From NCBI GenBank assembly GCA_964016885.1, contig OZ024743.1, forward strand, positions 130,014,001 to 130,078,000: DNA of 64,000 nt. The letters run 5' to 3'. Position 1 is the stretch's first letter, and every line of letters starts with the position of its first letter. The position numbers and the translations under genes were made by a program. Source of the DNA: Eledone cirrhosa (lineage: Eukaryota). The notes beneath the pieces were generated by a model. That model was not told the DNA's origin. It searched no databases and saw only the letters and a list, made by a program, of their open reading frames with translations. This document shows positions 1 through 10,300 of this stretch, piece after piece.

Positions 1-414
1 ACCAAGCACCAACACCAAAACACAAAGCACCAGGCACAAAGCACCAAGCACCAATCACCAAGCACCAAGCACCAAGCAACAAATACAAAGCACCAAGCAC
101 CAAGCACCAAGCACCAAGCACCAAACACCAAGCAACAGGCACCAAACACCAAACACCAAGCACCAAGCACCAAACACCAAACACCACACAGCAAACACCA
201 AACAGCAAACACCAAACTGCAAACACCAAACACCAAATAGCAAACACCAAACAGCAAACACCAAACACCAAACAGCAAACACCAAACACCAAACACCAAG
301 CACCAAACACCAAACACCAAACACCAAGAACCAAGCACCAAGCACCAATCACCAAGCATCAAGCGCCAATCACCAAACACCAAGCACCAAGCACCAAACA
401 CCAAACACCAAGCA

Positions 415-1610
415 CCAAGCACCAAACACCAAATACCAAGCACCAAGCACTAAACACCAAACTCCAAGCACCAAGCACCAAGCACCAAGCACCAAGAACA
501 AAGCACCAAACACCAAGCACCAAGCACCAGACACCAAACACCAAACACCAAGCACCAAACACCAAACACCAAACACCAAGCACCAAGCACAAAGCAACAA
601 ACACCAAGCACCAAGCACCAAGCACCAAACAACAAGCACCAAGCACCAAGCACCAAACACCAATCACCAAGCACCAAACACCAAACACCAAGCACCAAGC
701 ACAAAGCACCAATCACCAAGCAGCAAGCACCAAGCACCAAGCACCAAAGACCAAGCACCAACCATCAAGTACCAAAGACCAAGCACCAAACACCAAACAC
801 CAAGCACCAAGCACCAAACACCAAGCACCAAGCACCAAGCACCAAGCACCAAAGACCAAGCACCAACCATCAAGTACCAAAGAGCAAGCACCAAACACCA
901 AACACCAAGCACCAAGCACCAAACACCAAGCACCAAGCGCCAAACACCAAACACCTAGCACAAAGCACCAAACACCAAGCACCAAGCACCAATCACCAAA
1001 CACCAAGCACCAAGCACCAAACACCAAACACCAAGCACCAAGCACCAAACACCAAACACCAAGCACCAAGTACCAAACACCAAACACCAAGCACCAAGTA
1101 ACAAGCACCAAGCACCAAACACCAAGCACCAAGCAGCAAGCACCAAACACCAATCACCAAACAGCAAACACCAAGCACCAAGCACCAAACAACAAGCACC
1201 AAACACCAAGCATCAAGCACCAAACAGCAAACACCAAACAGCAAACACCAAACAACAAACAGGAAACACCAAGCACCAAGCACCAAGCACCAAACACCAA
1301 GCACCAAGCACCAAACACCAAACACCAAACACCAAGCACCAAACACCAAGCACCAAGCACCAAGCATCAAGCACCAAGCACCAAGCACAAAGCAACAAAC
1401 ACCAAGCACCAAGCACCAAACACCAAATACCAAGCACAAAGCACTAAACACCAAACTCCAAGCACCAAGCACCAAGCACCAAGCACCAAGAACAAAGCAC
1501 CAAACACCAAGCACCAAGCACCAGACACCAAACACCAAACACCAAGCACCAAACACCAAACACCAAGCACCAAGCACAAAGCAACAAACACCAAGCACCA
1601 AGCACCAAGC
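415..1610 (-). repeat. Dispersed duplicate block of about 200 bp inside the inverted arm (about 415-625 and about 1410-1610, offset 994 = 142 monomers)
   Basis: The same ordered rare variants (AAATACC, GCACTAAAC, AACTCC, AGAACAAAG, CCAGACA) occur in both places. ACTCC is at 461 and 1455. Confidence 0.85.
725..935 (-). repeat. 105-bp (15-monomer) tandem duplication in the inverted arm
   Basis: AAAGACCAAGCACCAACCATCAAGTACCAAAGA occurs twice. ACCATCAAGT is at 761 and 866. Confidence 0.85.
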
Positions 1611-2932
1611 ACCAAGCACCAAGCACCAAGCACCAAGCACCAAATACCAAGCACCAAACACCAAAAACCAAGCACCAAGCACCAAACACCAAACACCAAG
1701 CACCAAGCACCAAACACCAAGCACCAAGCACCAAACGCCAAACACCAAGCACCAAGCACGAAGCACCAAACAGCAAACACCAAACACCAAACAGCAAACA
1801 CCAAACACCAAACAGCAAAAACCAAATACGAAACAGCAAACACCATACAGCAAACACCAAACACCAAACACCAAGCACCAAGCATCAAGCCCCAACCACC
1901 AAACCCGAAGCATCAAGCAACAAACACTAATCACCAAGCACCAATCACCAAACACCAAGCACCAAGCACCAAGCACCACACACCAAGCATCAAGCACCAA
2001 GCACCAAACACCAAACACCAAGCACCAAAGACCAAGCAACAAGCACCAAGCACCAAACAACAAGCACCAAGCACCAAGCACCAAACACCAAGCACCAAGC
2101 ACCAAACACCAACCACCCAGCACCAAGCACCAGGCACAAAACACCAAGCACCAAACACCAAACACCAAGCACCAAGCACCAAGCACCAAGAACCAAACAC
2201 CAAGCCCCAAGCACCAAACACCAAGCACCAAGCACCAATCACAAAGAACGAAACAACAAGCAGCAAGCAGCAAGCACCAAACACCAAACACCAAGCACCA
2301 AACACCAAACACCAAGCACCAAGCACCAAGCACCAAGCACCAAACACCAAGCACCAAGCACCAAGCACCAAACACCAAGCACCAAGCACCAAGCACCAAA
2401 CACCAAGCACCAAGCACCAGACACCAAACCCCAAGCACCAAACACCAAACCCCAAGCACCAAGCACCAGACACCAAACACCAAGCACCAAGGACCAAACA
2501 TCAAACACCAAGCACCAAGCACCAAACACCTAACACCAAGCACCAAGAACCAAGCACCAAACACCAAGCACCAAACACCAAGCACCAAGCACCAAACACC
2601 AAGCACCAAGCACCAAACACCAAGCACCAAGCACCAAGCACCAAGCACCAAGCACCAAGCACCAAAGACCAAGCACCAAGACCGAAGCACCAAACACCAA
2701 GCACCAAACACCAAGCACCAAACAGCAAGCACCAAACACCAAACACCAAGCACCAAACACCAAACACCAAGCACCAAGCACCAAAAGCCAAACACCAAGC
2801 ACCAACCACCAAACACCAAGCACCAAGCACCAAACACCAAGCACCAAGCACGAAACAGCAAACCCCAAGCACTAAGCACCAAACACTAATCACCAAGCAC
2901 CAACCACCAAACAACAAGCACCAAGCACCAAG

Positions 2933-2946
2933 CACCAGGCTTGGTG
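2933..2946. other. Satellite inversion junction (polarity switch), 14-bp near-palindrome CACCAGGCTTGGTG
   Basis: Sequence reads ...AAGCACCAGGC|TTGGTGTTAGGTG... CACCAGG/CTTGGTG is self-complementary except for one G.T mismatch (2938/2941). The central GC (2939-2940) can belong to either arm. No inserted foreign bases. Confidence 0.95.
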
Positions 2947-4316
2947 TTAGGTGTTTGGTGCTTGGTCCTTGGTGTTTGGTGCTTGGTGTTTGGTGTTTGC
3001 TGTTTGGTGTTTGGTGTTTGGTGTTTGGTGTTTGCTGTTTGGTGTCTGCTTTTTGGTGTTTAGTGTTTGCTGTATGGTGTTTGGTGTTTGCTGTTTGGTG
3101 TTTGGTCTTTGGTGCTTGGTGTTTGGTGCTTGGTGCTTGGTGTTTGGTGTTTGGTGCTTGGTGCTTGGTGTTTGGTGCTTGGTGCTTGGTGTTTGTACTT
3201 GGTGCTTGGTGCTTGGTGCTTGGTGTTTGGTGCTTGGTGCTTGGTGTTTGGTGCTTGGTGTTTGGTGCTTGGTGCTTGGTACTTGGTGCTTGGTGTTTGG
3301 TGGTTGGTGTTTGGTGCTTGGTGTTAGGTGTTTGGTGCTTGGTGCTTGGTGTTTGGTGTTTGGTGCTTGGTGTTTGGTGTTTGGTGCTTGGAGTTTGGTG
3401 CTTGGTACTTGGTGCTTGGTGCTTGGTTTTAGGTGCTGCGTGCTTCGTGTTTGGTGCTTCGTGCTGGGTGCTTGGTGCTTGGTGTTTGGTGTTTGGTGTT
3501 TGATGCTTGGTGCTTGGTGCTTGGTGTTTGGTGTTTGGTGCTTGGTGTTTGGTGTTTGGTATTTGATGCTTGGTGTTTGATGCTTCATGCTTGGTGCTTG
3601 GTGTTTGGTGCTTGGTGTTTGTACTTGGTGCTTGGTGCTTAGTGCTTGGTGTTTGGTGCTTGGTGCTTGGTGCTTGGTGTTTGGTGCTTGGTGTTTGGTG
3701 CTTGGTGTTTGGTGCTTGGTTCTTGGTGTTTGGTGCTTGGTGTTTGGTGCTTGGTGCTTGGTGTTTGGTGTTTGGTACTTGGTGCTTGGTGCTTGGTGCT
3801 TGGTGTTAGGTGTTTGGTGCTTGGTGCTTGGTGTTTTGTGCTTGGTGCTTGGTGTTTGGTGCTTGGTGCTTGGTGTTTGGTGCTTGGTGCCTGGTGCTTG
3901 GTGTTTGGTGCTTGGTGCTTGGTGTTTGGTGTTTGGTGCTTGGTGCTTGGTGTTAGGTGTTTGGTGCTTGGTGCATGGTGTTTGGTGTTTGGTCCTTGGT
4001 GCTTGGTGTTTGGTGCGTGGTGCTTGGTGTTTGTTGTTTGGTGCTTTCTGCTTGCTGCTTGGTGTTTGGTGCTTTATGCTTGGTGTTTGGTTCTTGGTGT
4101 TTGGTGTTTGGTGTTTGATGCTTGGTGTTTGATGCTTGGTGCTTGGTGCTTGGTGTTTGGTGCTTGGTGCTTGGTGTTTGTACTTGGTGCTTGGTGCTTG
4201 GTGCTTGGTGTTTGGTACTTGATTCTTGGTGTTTGGTGTTTGGTGCTTGGTGTTTGGTGCTTGGTGCTTGGTGTTTGGTGTTTGGTGCTTGGTGTTTGGT
4301 GCTTGGTGCTTGGTGT

Positions 4317-7300
4317 TTGGTGCTTGGTGCTTGGTGTTTGGTGCTTGGTGTTTGGTGCTTGGTGCTTGGTGCTTGGTGTTTGGTGCTTGGTGCTTGGTGA
4401 TTAGTGTTTGGTGCTTGGTGCTTGGTGTTTGGTGCTTGGTGCTTGGTGTTTGGTGCTTGGTACTTGGTGTTTGGTGCTTGGTTTTTGGTGTTTGCTGTTT
4501 GCTGTTTGGTGTTTGGTGTTTGGTGTTTGATGTTTGCTGTTTGGTGTCTGCTTTTTGGTGTTTGGTGTTTGATGTTTGGTGTTTGGTCTCTGGTGCTTGG
4601 TGTTTGGTGCTTCGTGCTTGGTGTTTGGTGTTTGGTGCTTGGTGCTTGGTCCTTGGTGCCTGGTGCTTGTTTTTTGGTGATTGGTGCTTGGTTTTTGCTG
4701 TTTGCTGTTTGCTGTTTGCTGTTTGCTGTTTGCTGTTTGGTGTTTGGTGCTTGGTGATTGGTGCTTGGTGTTTGGTGCTTGGTGCTTGGTGTTTGGTGCT
4801 TGGTGCTTGGTGTTTGATGTTTGGTGCTTGGTGCCTGGTGCTTGTTGTTTGGTACTTGGTGCTTGGTGTTTGGTGTTTGGTGTTTGGTGTTTGGTGCTTG
4901 GTGTTTGGTGTTTGGTGTTTGGTGCGAGGTGCTTGGTGTTTGGTATTTGGTGCTTGGTTCTTGGTGCTTGGTGTTTGGTGTTTGGTGTTTGGTGTTTGGT
5001 GCGTGGTGCTTGGTGTTTGGTGCTTGGTGATTGGTGCTTGGTGTTTGATGCTTGGTGTTCGATGCTTGGTGCTTGGTGCTTGGTGTTTGGTGCTTGGTGC
5101 TTGGTATTTGGTTCTTGGTGCTTGGTGCTTGGTCCTTGGTGTTTGGTGTTTAGTGCTTGGTGCTTGGTGCATTGTGATTAGTGTTTGGTGCTTGGTGCTT
5201 GGGGTTTGGTGTTTGGTGCTTGGTGTTTGGTGTTTGGTGTTTGGTGTTTGGTGCGTGGTGCTTGGTGTTTGGTGCTTGGTGCTTGGTGCTTGGTGTTTGG
5301 TGCTGCATGCTTGGTGTTTGGTGCTTGGTGCTTGGTGTTTGGTGTTTGGTGCTTGGTGTTTGGTGCTTGGGTTTGGTTTTTGGTGCTAGGTGCTTGGTGC
5401 TTGGTGTTTGGTGCTTGGTGTTTGGTGTAAGGTGCTTGGTGCTTGGGGCTTGGTGTTTGGTGCTTGGTGCTTGGTGTTTGGTGCTTGGTGCTTGGTGTTT
5501 GGTGTTTGGTATTTGGTGCTTGGTGCTTGGTGTTTGGTGCTTGGTGCTTGGTGCTGGGTGGTTGGTGTTTGGTGCTTGGTGCTTGGTGTTTGGTGCTTGG
5601 TGCTTGGTGTTTGGTGCTTGGTGCTTGGTCTTCGGTGCTTGGTGTTTGGTGTTTGGTGCTTGGTGCTTGGTGATTAGTGTTTGGTGCTTGGTGCTTGGGG
5701 TTTGGTGTTTGGTGCTTGGTGCTTGGTGTTTGGTGCTTGGTACTTGGTGTTTGGTGCTTTGTGTTTGGTGTTTGCTGTTTGCTGTTTCGTGTTTGGTGTT
5801 TGGTGTTTGCTGTATGGTGTTTGCTGTTTGGTGTTTGGTGTTTGCTGTTTGGTGTTTGGTCTTTGGTGCTTGGTGCTTGGTGCTTGGTGCTTGGTGTTTG
5901 GTGTTTGGTGCTTGGTGCTTGGTGTTTGGTGTTTAGTGCTTGGTGCCTGGTGCTTGTTGTTTGGTGATTGGTGCTTGGTGTTTGCTGTTTGCTGTTTGGT
6001 GTTTGGTGTTTGCCGTTTGGTGTTTGGTGCTTGGTGCTTGGTGCTTGGTGTTTGGTGCTTGGCGTTTGGTGCTTGGTGTTTGGTGTTTGGTGCCTGGTAC
6101 TTGTTCTTTGGTGCTTGGAGCTTGGTGTTTGGTGTTTGGTGTTTGGTGTTTAGTGCTTGGTGTTTGGTGTTTGGTGCTTGGTGCTTGGTGTTTGGTGTTT
6201 GGTGCTTGGTGCATGGTGCTTGGTGTTTGGTGTTTGGAGCTTGGTGTTTGGTGCTTGGAGCTTGGTGCTTCGGGTTTGGTGCTTGGTGCTTGGTGCTTGG
6301 TGCTTGGTGTTTGGTGCTTGGTGTTTGGTGTTTGGTGCTTGGTGTTTGGTGCTTGGTGCTTGGTGTTTGGTGCATGGTGCTTGGTGCTTGGTGTTTGTCG
6401 CTTGGGGCTTGGTGCTTGGTGTTTGGTGCTTGGTGTTTGGTGTTTGGTGCTTGGTGCTTGGTGCTTGGTGTTTGGTGTTTGGTGTTTGGTGTTTGCTGTT
6501 TGGTGTTTGCTGTTTGGTGTTTGCTGTTTGGTGTTTGGTGTTTGCTGTTTGCTGTTTGCTGTTTCCTGTTTGGTGTTTGGTGCTTGGTGCTTGGTGTTTG
6601 GTGCTTGGTACTTGGTGTTTGGTGTTTGGTGCTTGGTGCCTGGTGCTTGATGTTTGGTGCTTGGTGCTTGGTGTTTGGTGTTTGGTGTTTTTTGCTTGGT
6701 GTTTGGTGCTTGGTGTTTGGTGTTTGCTGCTTGGTGCTAGGTGTTTGGTGTTTGGTGCTTGGTGCTTGGTGTTTGCTGTTTGCTGTTTGCTGTTTGCTGT
6801 TTGCTGTTTGGTGTCTGCTTTTTGGTGTTTGGTGTTTGCTGTATGGTGTTTGATGTTTCGTGTTTGGTGTTTGCTGTTTGCTGTTGTGAGTTTGCTGTTT
6901 GCTGTTTGGTGTTTGGTGCTTGGTGCATGGTGCTTGGTGTTTGGTGTTTGGTGCTTGGTGTTTGGTGTCTGGTGTTTGGTGCTTGGTGTTTAGTGTTTGG
7001 TGCTTGGTGCTTGGTGTTTGGTGTTTGGTGCTTGGTGCTTGGTGTTTGGTGTTTGGTGCTTGGTGTGTTGTGTATGGTGCTTAGTGCTTGGTGTTTGGTG
7101 CTTGGTGCAGGGTGCTTGGTGTTTGGTGCTTGGTGCTTGGTGCTTGGTGTTTGGTGCTTGGTGCTTGGTGTTTGGTGCTGCGTGCTTCGTGTTTGGTGCT
7201 TCGTGCTGGGTGCTTGGTGCTTGGTGTTTGGTGTTTGGTGTTTGATGCTTGGTGCTTGGTGCTTGGTGTTTGGTGTTTGGTGCTTGGTGCTTGGTGTTTG

Positions 7301-10300
7301 GTATTTGATGCTTGGTGTTTGATGCTTGATGCTTGGTGCTTGGTGTTTGGTGCTTGGTGTTTGTACTTGGTGCTTGGTGCTTAGTGCTTGGTGTTTGGTG
7401 CTTGGTGCTTGGTGCCTGGTGTTTGGTGCTTGGTGTTTGGTGCTTGGTGTTTGGTGCTTGGTTCTTGGTGTTTGGTGCTTGGTGTTTGGTGCTTGGTGCT
7501 TGGTGTTTGGTGTTTGGTGCTTGGTGCTTAGTGCTTGGTGCTTGGTGTTAGGTGTTTGGTGCTTGGTGCTTGGTGTTTTGTGCTTGGTGCTTGGTGTTTG
7601 GTGCTTGGTGCTTGGTGTTTGGTGCTTGGTGCCTGGTGCTTGGTGTTTGGTGCTTGGTGCTTGGTGTTTGGTGTTTGGTGCTTGGTGCTTGGTGTTAGGT
7701 GTTTGGTGCTTGGTGCATGGTGTTTGGTGTTTGGTCCTTGGTGCTTGGTGTTTGGTGCTTGGTGCTTGGTGTTTGTTGTTTGGTGCTTTCTGCTTGCTGC
7801 TTGGTGTTTGGTGCTTTATGCTTGGTGTTTGGTTCTTGGTGTTTGGTGTTTGGTGTTTGATGCTTGGTGTTTGATGCTTGGTGCTTGGTGCTTGGTGTTT
7901 GGTGCTTGGTGCTTGGTGTTTGTACTTGGTGCTTGGGACTTGGTTCTTGGTGTTTGGTGTTTGGTGCTTGGTGTTTGGTGCTTGGTGCTTGGTGTTTGGT
8001 GTTTGCTGCTTGGTGTTTGGTGCTTGGTGCTTGGTGTTTGGTGCTTGGTGTTTGGTGTTTGGTGTTTGGTGCTTGGTGCTTGGTGTTTGGTGCTTGGTGC
8101 TCGGTGCTGGGTGGTTGGTGTTTGGTGCTTGGTGTTTGGTGCTTGGTGCTTGGTGCTTGGTGTTTGGTGCTTGGTGCTTGGTGCTTGGTCTTTGGTGCTT
8201 GTTGTTTGGTGCTTGGTGCTTGGTGCTTGGTGTTTGGTGCTTGGTGCTTGGTGATTAGTGTTTGGTGCTTGGTGTTTGGTGTTTGGTGCTTGGTGTTTGG
8301 TGGTTGGTACTTGGTGTTTGGTGCTTGGTGTTTGGTGTTTGCTGTTTGCTGTTTGCTGTTTGCTGTTTGCTGTTTGGTGCTTGGTGATTGGTGCTTGGTG
8401 TTTGGTGCTTGGTGCTTGGTGTTTGGTGCTTGGTGCTTGGTGTTTGATGTTTGGTGCTTGGTGCCTGGTGCTTGTTGTTTGGTACTTGGTGCTTGGTGTT
8501 TGGTGTTTGGTGTTTGGTGTTTGGTGCTTGGTGTTTGGTGTTTGGTGTTTGGTGCGTGGTGCTTGGTGTTTGGTATTTGGTGCTTGGTTCTTGGTGCTTG
8601 GTGTTTGGTGTTTGGTGCTTGGTGTTTGGTGGTTGGTGCTTGGTGTTTGGTGCTTGGTGATTGGTGCTTGGTGTTTGATGCTTGGTGTTCGATGCTTGGT
8701 GCTTGGTGCTTGGTGTTTGGTGCTTGGTGCTTGGTATTTGGTTCTTGGTGCTTGGTGCTCGGTCCTTGGTGTTTGGTGTTTAGTGCTTGGTGCTTGGTGC
8801 TTGGTGTTTAGTGCTTGGTGCTTGGTGCATTGTGATTAGTGTTTGGTGCTTGGTGCTTGGGGTTTGGTGTTTGGTGCTTGGTGTTTGGTGTTTGGTGTTT
8901 GGTGTTTGGTGCTTGGTGCTTGGTGTTTGGTGCTGCATGCTTGGTGTTTGGTGCATGGTGCTTGGTGTTTGGTGCTTGGTGTTTGGTGCTTGGGTTTGGT
9001 TTTTGGTGCTAGGCGCTTGGTGCTTGGTGTTTGGTGCTTGGTGTTTGGTGCATGGTGCTTGGTGTTTGGTGCTTGGTGCTTGGTGCTGGGTGGTTGGTGT
9101 TTGGTGCTTGGTGCTTGGTGTTTGGTGCTTGGTGCTTGGTGCTTGGTGTTTGGTGCTTGGTGCTTGGTCTTTGGTGCTTGGTGTTTGGTGTTTGGTGCTT
9201 GGTGCTTGGTGATTTGTGTTTGGTGCTTGGTGCTTGGGGTTTGGTGTTTGGTGCTTGGTGCTTGGTGTTTGGTGCTTGGTACTTGGTGTTTGGTGCTTGG
9301 TGTTTGGTGTTTGCTGTTTGCTGTTTCGTGTTTGGTGTATGGTGTTTTGCTGTTTCGTGTTTGGTGTTTGCTGTTTTGTATTTGGTGTTTGCTGTTTGGT
9401 GTTTGGTCTTTGGTGCTTGGTGCTTGGTGTTTGGTGTTTGGATCTTGGTGCTTGGTGCTTGTTGTTTGGTGATTGGTGCTTGGTGCTTGGTGTTTGGTGT
9501 TTGTTATTTGGTGCATGCTGCTTGGTGTCTGGTGCTTGGTGTTTGGTGTTTGGTGCTTGGTGCTTGGTGCTTGGTGTTTGGTGTTTGGTGTTTGGTGCTT
9601 GGTGCTTGGTGTTTGGTGCTTGGTGCTTGGTGTTTGGTGCTGCGTGCTTCGTGTTTGGTGCTTCGTGCTGGGTGCTTGGTGCTTGGTGTTTGGTGTTTGG
9701 TGTTTGATGCTTGGTGCTTGGTGCTTGGTGTTTGGTGTTTGGTGCTTGGTGCTTGGTGTTTGGTATTTGATGCTTGGTGTTTGATGCTTGATGCTTGGTG
9801 CTTGGTGTTTGGTGCTTGGTGTTTGTACTTGGTGCTTGGTGCTTAGTGCTTGGTGTTTGGTGCTTGGTGCTTGGTGCTTGGTGTTTGGTGCTTGGTGTTT
9901 GGTGCTTGGTGTTTGGTGCTTGGTTCTTGGTGTTTGGTGCTTGGTGTTTGGTGCTTGGTGCTTGGTGTTTGGTGTTTGGTACTTGGTGCTTGGTGCTTGG
10001 TGCTTGGTGTTAGGTGTTTGGTGCTTGGTGCTTGGTGTTTTGTGCTTCGTGCTTGGTGTTTGGTGCTTGGTGCTTGGTGTTTGGTGCTTGGTGCCTGGTG
10101 CTTGGTGTTTGGTGCTTGGTGCTTGGTGCTTGGTGTTTGGTGCTTGGTGTTTGGTGCTTGGTGCTTGGTGCTTGGTGTTTGGTGCTTGGTGCTTGGTGAT
10201 TAGTGTTTGGTGCTTGGTGCTTGGTGTTTGGTGCTTGGTGCTTGGTGTTTGGTGCTTGGTACTTGGTGTTTGGTGCTTGGTTTTTGGTGTTTGCTGTTTG

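Larger units (their letters stand above)
1..2939 (-). repeat. Same 7-bp satellite in inverted orientation, (ACCAARC)n on +; about 420 monomers; runs off the left edge of the window
   Basis: ACCAAGC/ACCAAAC is the reverse complement of the right-hand array. Monomer starts stay at position = 1 mod 7 at 1, 421, 841, 1681, 2101, 2521 and 2934. Confidence 0.99.

Noticed and set aside
2933-2946. Telomere-telomere fusion site
   Set aside because: End-to-end fusions read G-rich repeats then C-rich repeats on one strand (as at human 2q13). Here the order is C/A-rich then G/T-rich, the opposite polarity, and the motif is not a telomere repeat I recognise.
1-5880. Perfect fold-back palindrome or terminal inverted repeats of a transposon
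   Set aside because: Variant patterns of the two arms do not mirror each other, and there is no internal element sequence, transposase or target-site duplication.
9340-9350. Singleton 1-bp indels (extra T near 9345; missing base near 58523)
   Set aside because: Each is present in only one copy and lies in or next to short T runs, so it cannot be distinguished from sequencing or consensus error.
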